A DNA stretch of 64,000 bases from Botryllus schlosseri (lineage: Eukaryota): positions 22,072,001 through 22,136,000 of the forward strand of contig CM119379.1 of the NCBI GenBank assembly GCA_051294905.1, given 5' to 3'. The notes beneath the pieces are model-generated. The model searched no databases. It saw only the letters and a program-made list of their open reading frames with translations, and had not been told where the DNA came from. Of this stretch, positions 45,801 through 56,800 are shown piece after piece. Numbering within the stretch: position 1 is the stretch's first letter; every line of letters begins with the position of its first letter. The position numbers and the translations under genes are program-made.

Positions 45801-48548
45801 TATCCAACACGACTACGCGCAATGAAAATACATAACTATATAATACCTTGCGTAGGCTTGCTACGACAACAGCAACAACAACAAAGGTTACAAGTGAATT
45901 CGGCGTTTGTCAGCCCCTAAAATAATCCCTAACTTCTACACCAGCGGTTCTCAACCCTTTAGGACATCCAACCCCTTGGCGATGGTCAAAAAAATTGCGC
46001 CCCCCGATCCCCTACACTTGTCGTCATGTCAAAAAGAGCACATCATCTAATACAAAGGTAGGCAGCCTTTTTGCTAATCACGGCCGCATTTCGATTACTT
46101 ATGTAGCCTAAGGTTGCATTCCAGGGCATAGCCGTATTGAAGTAACTGGGCGCAAAATACCTATGTTAATCTGTCCATATCCATTCCAGGTGAACTCAAG
46201 ACTATTCTACTTTTCACAACGGCCTATTGTACGCATGCACCAAAATCGTGAGTGACAATGTTGAATAGTTGCTGGGATCGCATATTGTCGCGCAGAGCGC
46301 GACAATTTTTTAGATTCACGAATGAATTCCGTAATTAATAGTATCAGTATCACATATTACTATCAAATATTTATTCTTTCCCCGCCCACGTGATCAGATT
46401 CACCGGTAATGCATCTTCGGGTGTGCCAATTGTTAATAGTCACTTTGTTGCATGCTGTTATTTCTTGACTACCCATCAGGATTGTCAATTGTATCGGTAG
46501 TGGAAATAGTGGAAATATATTGAAATCGCCCAAATGTACCTTCAACAAATTTCTTTCGCGATGAGCACACGACTCCGATTCCGGCTCAGATTGAAAAAGG
46601 TGCTACTATATTGAAATCAAAAAATGAAGTTATGTTGATTTTAGCGGAGCGCGAAAACAGTTTCAAGGTTAATTAAAATCTCTTAAAAAAATTGGGAGTG
46701 AATTCGTAATTTCCATTTGCATGTCGACGGACGCCAACACATACTAATTGAATTAGGTGTCGATGGCCGCACAAATTCCCTTCTACGGCCGCAGGTTGCC
46801 TATCCCTGATCTAAAAGTATACACATGGTATGTCTTACGCCAAGTTTATATCCGCATTCCAGTTGTTGAGTCTTTAACATTTCTGACAAATTTCTCCATA
46901 CTTGTTTGAAAATAGCAAAAAACATTGAACGGACATCAGACACAATCAGCCTCGAATTTTTCATTGTTATGGAGATTGGCATTGGGACGCAACAATGCTG
47001 TCTGGCGAAACGAGAGAGTAGCTCAAGAGAAAAAGAGCCAGACAGCATTGTTCAGCATTGTTGCGTCTCAATGCCAATCTCCATAACAATAAAAAATTCG
47101 AGGCTGATTGTGGGAGTTCCAGGGCCACGAGCGGAATAAAATTTATATTTTTGTAATCAGTGCAGAGTCCGCTTTCGATTGATACCTGTTTTACCAAATT
47201 TAATGCTCGGCAAGCCGGTCAAAAATGACCGTCAAATTGCCTGTAGCCAAATGGAAATTGTGACGTGATGCAATTTCACTGAGGCGTGAGATTTGCTTGT
47301 GTCGACACCATATAGGACACTATGATAATACGCTTCCATGTGCGTAATTTACTGACAACCACAACAACTAGTTGGCAATTCCCCGAATTCGAAGCACGTG
47401 CCAGCTTTGCCATTTTGCATACCTGTTCAATGTACACCTAGGGACGGGCACACGAGACGCCTCACAAGTGAGTCGTGTGGGATCATAAAACTAAAACATA
47501 GGAAAATAGTGATCCATGGAAACAATGCTTGAGTACATGGACTATAGCACTAATTTGTAAGAACTAACCCAGTCGGAAATTCTACCGCAGGATTAGCATC
47601 CGCTTCGCATGGCAGTACGGTCTTCACGCCAGGTAATATGTGATAGATTTGATCATGTGGCTGACGAATAATCCTTGGCGGCCGTCGAACTTGTCAAAGA
47701 AATACAAAGCTATTTGTGTACTTGTACTATGGAGCTATAGTGTCAGACTGCTTTGGCGGTAGAATTTCACCGGCAGTATTCAATTCGTTGCTATGCAAAA
47801 AAGTACTATTACTAGATTTAAATGGCTTCTTGGAGGTACATAACTTCAATATACAATTGTTAAAATGAACCCGATTACCCCTGACGAGTGTCAGCCGAAA
47901 ATATTCGGGTTCATTTCAATATGAATATACTATTCAATTGTGTATTACTAGATTCCAAATGCAGGTATTATATTAGGATTTTAAGGGATAGACGGTCATG
48001 GTCACCGCTTTCATTGCGAATAGAAATCATAATTTCCCTCTCATGACGGACCCGAATCCGCATAGCCTACTGAATAATTGTGCCGTATACCTCAGTGGTT
48101 CCAACCTGTTTTGACGGGCGGCCGCGTGTGTTAACTATTTCGCGACCCCACTCTATGATGAGCTATATTTTATCTATTCGGCGTAATCAATTAAAATTCA
48201 TGTTACATAATATCATCTATTCGCAGCCATAGTGGGGCCCATGCTATACGTTGAGCTCTCCGAACATTTTCGAAAGCCGTACTTGCGTGTTGGATGAGCG
48301 TGGTTCCCTATCATCAACGCCTTTGTTCTGATTAGTAGAAGTACCAAAAATCCGCCTTGTATGTTTTGGTAACGGGAAATAGTAGCCTACGTAAAAAGGT
48401 TTGCTTTAATAGTGGGTAGGATGTTCGCATAGAACACCGAAACTGCTCATATGCGGCGTTTGGTGAAAACTATACCCGGGACTTCAAATTTACCACAGGC
48501 TGCAGCAACAAACGAAAGCAGACGTGGATATACCAACACCAAACTCAT
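15885..48548 (-). CDS. L1-family cell adhesion molecule (L1CAM/NrCAM/neurofascin/neuroglian-like), 24 exons, ~1162 aa
   Basis: Exons join in phase (3489 nt): 48494-48548 (tentative signal exon), 47569-47689, 45673-45780, 44333-44451, 44115-44293, 43904-44036, 43720-43831, 43495-43602, 42602-42801, 41876-42004, 41571-41727, 40652-40853, 40402-40582, 39291-39395, 39023-39226, 38850-38970, 38226-38401, 36873-37011, 36660-36811, 36465-36599, 35686-35850, 20669-20800, 16828-16900, 15885-16167. Six Ig domains (e.g. FEGTYQCFAKNKWGTALS), four FnIII, TM followed by IRRRRGGHYP, and a tail with EDGSFIDQY. Confidence 0.93.
16440..16500 (-). repeat. Degraded terminal-repeat/hammerhead fragment of the family at 8600-8694
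   Basis: Shares CAGAACTTCAATAT and AAGCTTTTCGA with 8603-8674. On the minus strand it reads ...AAGAAGA atcaat CGAAA AGCT TT, with the core mutated. Confidence 0.5.
21730..22215 (+). repeat. Dispersed repeat related to 44840-45470
   Basis: Shared blocks such as gacttgttagcgactgaa and ttgatttatac at matching relative positions. Confidence 0.55.
24336..25750. mobile_element. Non-autonomous hAT (Charlie/Buster-type) element with 8-bp TSD TTCTACAT, carrying a nested element
   Basis: Left end CAGCGGTGGCCAAAC, right end ...GGCCCGCGGGCCACGGGTTGGCCGGCCCTG. TTCTACAT at 24328-24335 and 25751-25758. Confidence 0.88.
24858..25539. mobile_element. hAT-type MITE (TAGGGCTGGGCA...TGCCCAGCCCTA) nested in 24336-25750, TSD CTGCCAAT
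   Basis: TIRs with CTGCCAAT at 24850-24857 and 25540-25547, plus ACTCGA-type subterminal repeats. A sister copy lies at 39717-40229. Confidence 0.9.
26293..26860. mobile_element. Second, right-truncated copy of the TAGGGTTGCATTTAAAAC MITE family
   Basis: Aligns with 9275-9689 at both ends. It has a different internal segment and lacks the final AACCCTA. Confidence 0.7.
28316..29253 (+). CDS. Nested antisense gene (terminal exon or intronless ORF) with an FGF-like beta-trefoil segment and a long helical C-terminus
   Basis: 1020-bp open frame (28234-29253) that is visibly GC-richer than its flanks, with a strong acceptor ctttccgttttcag|G at 28315/28316 in phase 1. VTLKHSCSNLYLTVDNFGQARA resembles FGF2 VSIKGVCANRYLAMKEDGRLLA. 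AATAAA near 29586. Coding status is well supported; the FGF identity is tentative. Confidence 0.6.
30185..30302. repeat. Near-perfect 118-bp palindrome
   Basis: catagtgtcctatatggtgtcgacacaggcaaatctcacgcctcagtgaaattgt pairs with acaatttcactgaggcgtgagaattgcctgtgtcgacaccatataggacaccatg. A partial copy lies at 47254-47324. Confidence 0.92.
30611..32553. mobile_element. hAT-like non-autonomous element (CAGTGGCGGCTCGT TIR) nested in 30094-33067, TSD GATCATGG
   Basis: Perfect 14-bp TIRs. GATCATGG at 30603-30610 and 32554-32561. Confidence 0.9.
31510..32060 (+). repeat. About three diverged tandem units of ~200-218 bp inside the nested element
   Basis: ACCGGCTTT starts recur near 31510, 31728 and 31928, each followed by aacg(g)aatta and a(a/g)acttgg blocks. 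Confidence 0.75.
34689..35543. mobile_element. Charlie/Buster-type MITE (CAGGGGTGTCAAAC...GTTTGACAC)
   Basis: TIRs with GGCCCGCG subterminal motifs and flanks CCGTATGG / ACGTATGG. Same family as 50707-51594. Confidence 0.85.
37226..37538 (-). mobile_element. tRNA-derived SINE
   Basis: Minus strand has an A-box-like TAGCGTGATGG and a B-box GGTTCGATTCC, followed by a non-tRNA body starting TCAGACCAAAGAC. The 3' boundary is approximate. Confidence 0.7.
38455..38478. repeat. (GA)n microsatellite
   Basis: Perfect GA run. Confidence 0.95.
39717..40229. mobile_element. hAT-type MITE, sister of 24858-25539 in opposite orientation, TSD ATCACGAT
   Basis: Ends TGGGGCTGGGCA / TGCCCAGCCCAA. ATCACGAT at 39709-39716 and 40230-40237. 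Internal blocks are reverse complements of the first copy. Confidence 0.88.
46941..47112. repeat. Hairpin/MITE-like inverted repeat, ~65-bp arms
   Basis: cacaatcagcctcgaattttt...caacaatgctgtctggc pairs with gccagacagcattgt...aaaaattcgaggctgattgtg around a purine-rich loop. One arm has a short duplication. Confidence 0.88.
47877..47910 (+). ncRNA. Intact minimal type I hammerhead ribozyme motif
   Basis: accc CUGACGA GugucagcC GAAA AUAU UC gggu. Full core, 4-bp stem I, palindromic stem III (AAUAUU). Predicted cleavage after 47906. Confidence 0.75.
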
Positions 48549-50706
48549 GCGTGGGTCACATTGTTGTACCAACTTTTTCGCGTGGGCCACTTGAACTATA
48601 GTCAAACATCGATAAATTTGTTGGAAATGTTAGCGGTCAGCATCAAATGACTCAGTTCGTGCGAAAGGGCGAAAGAATATTCCAACTCCTGCGGATCAAA
48701 ATATTTTAAAAACTTTAAATCAACTCGAAACATTTGGACCATTGCATAATGATACACTGATAATGTCAATCTCAATATAACTTTAATCCAAATTTAAAAC
48801 AAGTACTAATTTCTCTTGCAAAATGATCTTCAGGCACAAAACAATTGCGCGACCCATATGCTGGAAAGCACCGCTATACCTGATGGTGGAATCTCAAGAG
48901 CAAAGGTCACCAATGACGGAAAAAACGACGTCCACAGAAGTATAATCCAACGATACTTATCCATATTGGATAAATAATACATTTCTTTTTGGTATACACG
49001 ATGATTTAACGTAGACTATATGCGCATAATTAAAAGCCTCTGAAACAGAAATGTAACATAAATTCCAACGATTATTATTATTTTTTCTTGACATATTCAA
49101 TTTATTTTCTTAAGGACGAACGAGCAACAATTTAGAATATTAGTTATACATAATCATTCTCAAACAGGAAAGAGAAAGGAACAGTTGTAAGGAACTTCAC
49201 AATATAACGTATATTATACGCGTATTCTTCTATATTACGATTACGCACACGCATCTTAATCTCACATCTATGAGATTTCCCTCCTTGGTAACCGGACTTG
49301 ACCTTCGTAAAAATTTGTGCTGTTAAGGACGACGGGTACATGATTAAACCGGCGAATTCATTATGCGGAGCAAACAACAGATGTGGAACCTGTCGGTGAT
49401 CATTCAGATACCCGAGGAAGAGTAATACCATGGGAGGGATTTGCACAGTGAGCATGCGCGATTTCGGTAACAAAATCGATCGGAATAAAGGCATTGCGTA
49501 AGTTATTGTGGATTCAGTCCGCGATTCAAGAAATTGTTCACTAGACTATAGTAATCCTAACCGATAGGCTATTCCCAAGAGTGACTAGAGCGAAGAGCAA
49601 CCAATAAAATCGCTACGCCCACGCAGGTAGACTGTAACTCTTTGGGTCAGAGAATACGAAATGTAAACACGCATGGATGACGGGAGTGACATCCGGGCCC
49701 TCCAGATATTATTGTATGGAATAAGTCTTTTACATAATGTCCATCACAAGTCCCAATAAACTTTCACGGCGATCGTGTGACTGTTTAATTGCGATACAGG
49801 CTATAACGAGAATCCTGTCACACCGAACATATAGGAAAAACCGAGTCTATTTGATTACCACAGCTAAAATCGACGCGGGTAACCGGACTTCGAAAACGGA
49901 CCGCGATTTTTGAATCCAAAAGCACCTTGCGTCGACTGACTTTTATCTACTAAGCTGTAAGCATAGACAGTTTCTTCCGTGGAATCGTGAATATAAATTA
50001 ATTCTATTTCATCAAATGTCAAATGAATTCTCTCGCTCTCCTAACTAGAAACACTCGAAAAAACCGCACTGAGTCAGTAATAAGTACGACGTAAACTTTC
50101 AGACACGAGTCAACATTGAATAACTCCTATACCCTGGCAGACTTTTGAATGTGGATCATAATACCTGAACCAGTTTAGATTATCATATGATCAAACCTAA
50201 ATACGCCTTCGTGAAATTGGATAACTCTATATGCGATGACCTTTTTCATTTATTGTTCCACTAAGATATATGACTACGTAAAGCAATTACTGGTGGCGTC
50301 GAGCGTCTGTGTCCACTGTCCAGTATTCCCCTCCGTCCGCATTGTGTTTCTATGCCAATGATTCCAACCAAAAATGCATGTTTCGATGTCGCATTTATGG
50401 GAAAAAAGTGATATATACGTATCGCGGACAGGCGAGAGCGCAACTGATCGATCCTGTTTGGATCAAGTGCGAAGAGACGATGAGATTGAATAATTTATGT
50501 GGAGCAGGGCTAGAAACATAGATATCAATAAACGTGGTATCGTGTTTCATTGTCAATGCCAATGTACGCTGCATTGAAACTAAGTAAGACCAGCTCATTA
50601 TAATTGAAACTCTTACTAAGTAAAAAGAATAATACTAAAACATTCCAGATCTGCAATTGAGTTTCCACGGGAGCGAAGCGAATGTGCGCATTTCCTTGCC
50701 TTACAT

Positions 50707-51594
50707 CAGGGGTGTCAAACATACGGCCCACGGGCCGCATCCAGCCCGCAAGATGATTTCATCCGGCCCGCGAAGCAACTCTGAGTAAAAAACATTCTTA
50801 TATTTTCCAGCACATTTGTAACAAATGTTGAGATTTTTTGCAGGAAATAGTTCCATGCTCATAGTCTACATTATAACCACCTGACTACGGCGTTGTGGTT
50901 TTACTCTAGTTACCACTACTAAAATTTCGGCGAAATTTACATCTAATATCAAGAAGGCCGAAAGTGCACACTGCACACTCATCAGTTTAGAGTATTATAC
51001 AAATCAGACTCGAAGTAGTTATTCACAGAAGCGAAAACGTAAATACGGAACCGTTATATGCAGTTTACAAGGAAAATATATTAGTTAAACAAATATATAA
51101 TTGAAATATCTATAGTCGCACTGCTGTGTCACTTTCGACCCAATAGAACCCGCGACATGAGAGAAACCGGACACGCGGTTTAATATTTATAAATCAAATT
51201 CCAACGTCCCCGTTCCCAATTAAATATCTTGTATTCCTCACAATGCATATATGCACTATGCAGGGCTTATGGCAGATAACGACTAAATCAAATGGAGCAT
51301 AGGTTATGCCAACTTATCTCGTCGTTAACTTCGCCACTGTTTTAGCGGTTCTTAACTGTATTCAACAGGACAATCCTCATCTTTTTGCCAATTTCATTGT
51401 CCGCGAATAAAGGTGTTGCGACTTGCTACTTTGAAAACCCTATGATCCGTGTATTATCTATATATGCTTTTAAGGTATTCAAGGGAAAAGCAAGAGCACG
51501 GGGTAACGTTTTGGAATCAGTTGAATGGTCCGGCCCGCGAGCGATTTGAAGGCTTGAATTCGGCCCGCGACTTAATTTCAGTTTCACACCCCTG
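50707..51594. mobile_element. Charlie/Buster-type MITE with TSD CCTTACAT
   Basis: TIR CAGGGGTGTCAAAC / GTTTCACACCCCTG. CCTTACAT at 50699-50706 and 51595-51602. Confidence 0.9.
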
Positions 51595-53714
51595 CCTTAC
51601 ATTGTTAGTTATGGCAGTGTTGACAGTTGTTATGAAAGGCCAATTGTCAGTTATGCAAGACAATAAAGCACAAATTATGTATATACAATTATTATTCCTG
51701 CAATGTAAATTAAGCAACCGACGAAAACAACTGTAGTCTCGATATGACGAGTTCACGGCCACTGCAATATGGCATGCAGATTGTTTGTTTATCCATCTAT
51801 ATCATGTATTCCAATATCCGAGTATAATTTAGTCCACAAGGGGCGCTAGTTTCTTTCTGCAGCGTTGTTTCGTTGCATGACAGCAAAGTGTACTCAAGAC
51901 ACAGGCTCACAGTACTCACCCAGGAGTGAATGTTAAAATACAGATTATATTCCACCAACAATCAAAGTCATACGAGTGCCATAAGTGTAGCTGTCGAAAT
52001 ATCACATTAATAGTGCAGCATAGTTTTCCGTTTCGATGTGGTTATGAATAATAATCGACCTAATTGGCTGCGACATACCAGAGCGCGACATTCTTTCTCA
52101 TTCTTTCTCGTACTTGTAATGGCTCCAGGTAAAGATATGTACCGATATGTGGATGTATAAGTTGAACATTCAAAATTTTGTTGTGCCACCAGTACTCCTT
52201 TGCGTGAGATGTCCTGTCGCTAATATAATTTTAGAGTTTTGCGCGATGTATGATCTTCGAATAGGCAATAAGCCACCATCGTGCTGATTATGCAAAACGG
52301 AATGCATGCTGTAATGCCCTCGCGCACAAAGGATGCATTTCTATTCTGATATTTGCAACAGTTATGTATCTATGGTCGCCAGTTTGGTCGCGTCAGTAAC
52401 ATCACTACCTCCACATAAAGGATGAACTCATCCTTGTAGAGCAACAAGGTTGCGATGCCACCGCACTGTGCGGTGATTTTTGTATGTGTAGTATTGCACA
52501 TGTATCGATAGACTCAGTATATCAAATATCGCTACAGATGTGATGCGCTTTAACCAAACTTTTCACGCCGCGAAGTCGGCCATGATGTTGGCGAGACGTT
52601 GTTTATTTTCACACATTAGGCGCCTATGAATGTGTAGAACTATTTGCTTCGTCGTTAACCTGTCTAGATCATACAACAGCTAAATATATATAACCGAAGT
52701 AGGCGAAGTTGAGCAAATAGGCCCAGGAGTGGAAGAGATGGGTGCCTCCAAACGTCAGGTGTACATGATATTCGGATATCCGGTTTTAAATGTTCATTAC
52801 GATTCGAACACGTACAAGTACACACGATGCGTATATCAATCTTGCGTGCAAAATACGATAAGCCCAATCCGTTTCCTTTTGATACGGTCCTCTTATCCAA
52901 CAAATTGCAGTTCAGCTTTAATCTCTTATCTCAATTCTCACGCTAATCTACAAATTATCCGCACCAAATCAACCAATTCTCAGAATATTTCCATAAACAA
53001 TTCACCCTTTACCAACTCGCGAGACCAGCCGGCAATATCCAGGCTGCCAATCGATCCGGGGAAGGAATGAAGGGAAATCATGCCTCGAAGTCACGTGACT
53101 TATTGGCGACGCAATGTGTCGACACAGGTTCTCATAGGTCGTAAGAAAGCTGAAGACCCTGCTAATAGTATAGTACCTTTCTGGTGATTATAGTCGTGGA
53201 GTGTTTTATTTATTCAAGTAACAAGCGAATGAAAACTGTCAGTCTGATATCCTGATATTAAGCTATATTCATTATTCAACCGTAGAATGTTATAAATGTC
53301 AAGAAGTATCGACACCATGTTTAAATAGATTGAATACGGGTATTCCACGATTGGCTTATTGTCAGTAGAATATCTATATCTATAAAGATAAATTGCAAAT
53401 TCACGAAATCCAGAAATGTTAATGAAATGAGGCATACTTTTGGGTAACAATACACAATATGGACATGACTCTCAGTAATACCGAAACACGCACATGAAAT
53501 TTTAGTCAGTCTAAAATTTTAGGTATACATCGGTTTGTTCCATCGCTCACTAGTTTTATCGAGGGAGGATGAATGCAAATAAGTAAAGAGTAAAGTTCAC
53601 ACACTATAGCGCCATCGCCCAGACTCCCGACGCTGTTTTATCAACGGCGCCACCGATTAGTTGAGGTTTTGTTTTCTACGAACACCTGATCAAAGTCGAC
53701 AAGGCCGTAAAGAC

Positions 53715-53721
53715 TATATAA
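53715..53721 (+). promoter_or_regulatory. Candidate TATA box of the lipid-transfer-protein gene
   Basis: TATATAA about 115 bp upstream of the ATG at 53832. Confidence 0.4.
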
Positions 53722-53831
53722 GCGGTGATTTGTGCCCACTGTTTCATACTCTCTCGGCGGAGAACCAGTGAAACATTGTCGGTAATTCGAAAAATAGAAA
53801 AGTGAATTGCAGAAGAACTGCTGAACGAAGG

Positions 53832-56800
53832 ATGAAGCTTTACGTTTTCGTCCTGCTCGCTCTGGCGCTCAGTGCCACTGAAGGGCGCAGGCATAGACGT
53901 GAGTATTAGTTCATGCTGTTTTCTATTAATATAGCGAGAATTAGGACTAGATTACTCGGAAAAAATGTTATGGCGCGAGAAACTGTACGCGGTACATTGT
54001 ACAAATTGTACATTTAGTCAATCATGTAGCGACAGCTAGATCCATACTCCTTTCATACTAACGTACACGACCCTCTAGCACCAATTAGCGACCGATTCAT
54101 TATGGTATCGTACGCGGTATGTGCTTCGACATGATAACTCCAATTTCTGTACCGCAGGTCGAAAAACTGTACCGAAACCGGAAGGAAGATGTGCACGTAA
54201 GTGTACACAACGTGAATTTTCTGCCATTTGTGGGATTTTAATTTGATTATGTTTCAGCCCTACAACCTTTTGACAATGACTGGGTCTACACCTACCAATA
54301 CGTCGCGACAACGGAAAACTGGGACGCCGAAGCGAACACAGGAAACATAATAAGGATCAAGTGAGAAAACCTACGAGACACCACCGCTCCAAGTGCCAGT
54401 ATCTAACTATTGCTTTTCAACAGCTGCACCGCCACCATCAATGTGCCACAGAGCTGCTCCGGCAACCTCCGCGTAAGCGATTGCGTTGTAGAGGAAGGAG
54501 TCAAGGAAGGCCGGGGTAACAGGGGTATAAGATACCACAAACTCCCACAATCCGAATCCTTCGACCGGCAGATGGGCGTCACCGAAATGGCTTTCCATTT
54601 CAATGGTAGCGAGGTGGGTGGACAGATAAGGGCCACGCCGCAAACTTCGTGGACGAGGGTTGTATAATTCAATTGAAATCTTATTCGCTGTTATCTGTAC
54701 AGATCACAGCTCTCTTCGTTGACAAGCAAGAAAGAACAAACATTACCAATTTCAAAAGAGGTATTCTTTCAAACTTGGTCGGAGTCAGCCCACACGCAGC
54801 CAGGGAAACCGAAGTTGGCGTATTGATCAACGTAAGAATGCAATTGCTTGGTTAATTGGCGTCCATGTAGCGATTCTGCTCAAATATTATTTAGATTACC
54901 GAGATGAACGTTTACGGTCGTGGCCAAGTCGAACATAAAGTAATGCGAAAGTCCCGCGGACTTCCGTCAATGGTCGAAGTTGTTCGCGACACTGCTAAAA
55001 TAGAACTGCCATGGGAAAGGAAGCAATGGAACTTTTTGCGCATGCGTAATAACAGAGCAAACCCGATCGTTGCAGCGTTGAAGAACTATGTAAGTAACAG
55101 CTCAACACCTGATGTAGCTTCTAGCTTGACATCATAGTTAGTGGATCGAATATCACATCGAAGCGGATTCGCCGGCTATACCAGCCTACTGTTCCTGTTT
55201 CTCAACAGCAAATATTCCATTCTCACCCAAGTTGAATCCACATTCAACAGGTTACTCTGAAGAATGACGAGATGTGGGCGAAACCAAGGCAAACTTGCGA
55301 ATATCAACTTTTGAGAGGAAGACAAATCGCATCTGCCGAGTGCGTTGAGGAACACCCTCTCAGCCTTGCCTACCCAGAATTCATGGTATGTTTGTAAGGC
55401 TAGTGGCCACCAAACGCACTGGAGTCGTTAGTCGCAAATCTTGAGCTCTTCAATGAACTCGTGATTGATTAATGTGAACATTCGTGCAATCAAAACACCA
55501 AGTGATAAACTCCCTGCACTCAATTCTATAGTTGCAATTGCAATTGTAAATTGCAATACAACGGCATTCACTATGTGATATTGAAAATTATATAGATTTA
55601 TAACCTACTCGATACCAGTGACATACCTGTATGGTGATATTTCCTTTACAAGAACTAATACCACATTCGCTCATCGCAGGCCAACGTCTTCGAAACCAAC
55701 CCGCTACAGACAACCATCAGACAACAAATAACCATGAAGGAAAAGAGACAAATGACTTCTCGAGACCGCAGCAGATGTGAGGCGATTTGGCTGTTACTGT
55801 AAAACTCGATTCTCGCATGTCTATAACGTCGTAATCTGTACGTCATAAGGGGATGTCAGTCGCTTCGATCAAGACACTATCATGTTCGAGGAAGAGTGGG
55901 AAGAAACACACATGATCTACAACCAACAATTCGATGCCAAGGCAGCTTTCATGAGCCTCCTCAGATCCAAAGCTAATGAGACGACGCCAGCGCTGATTTC
56001 GAAATTGACAAAATGGATGGCTATCGCTGACCAACAGCAGATCGAGGCCGTATGGGCGACTTGTGAGAATAACTGCGATAAACTTGAGAAGGAAGAGGGA
56101 AGGTGAGGTCACATTCCTTGATGGCTAATGGCAAACAAATCCCGTTGCAAAATTAGGGAGTGTATCTATTTCTCATACTCAGGGATATCTTGAAACTTCT
56201 AGATATCCCTGCTCATACTATCAACAGTTTGCCACCTAATGGAGAAATGTAAAAATATGGATTTCTTCAAAAGTAGCCAACATCAATCGGGGTTAGCGGT
56301 TGACTTATGCATAAGTTGCATATGCAATTTCAGAATCCTGTACGCCGAACTCCTGAACAGCTGCATCACCAACGACTTGTGCCAGCTTCCATACTGCTCG
56401 ACCGAGAATTCCACGACCTGCGAAATGGCTTTGGAAACTTTCGTACGTCCCAACGCTGATAAGAGCCAGAAAGTCAGATACATTTCCTTGGAGGCTCTGA
56501 CTAATGTCTTCTCTCCGTCCGAAAGGATTGTTGACATTGCGTTGGTAAGTTTTGCCCGAAGTTAGACGTTGGGACCCGTGTCGGAAGTGTAGTGGTAGCA
56601 CGAATTCCTACTTTTTCACATTCATTCTAATGCAGTCTAAACCCGTGGCGCATAATTTATGATATTATATTGCTGTATATCGCTTTAAGGCTGGTGTGTA
56701 GTAGCTTGGGTTGTTAAACCTATTGATGTCAAAACAAAAATACGTTGCAGAAAATGTGCAAAAGAGAAGATAGCACGACTGCTGAATGCGTGAAAACGAT

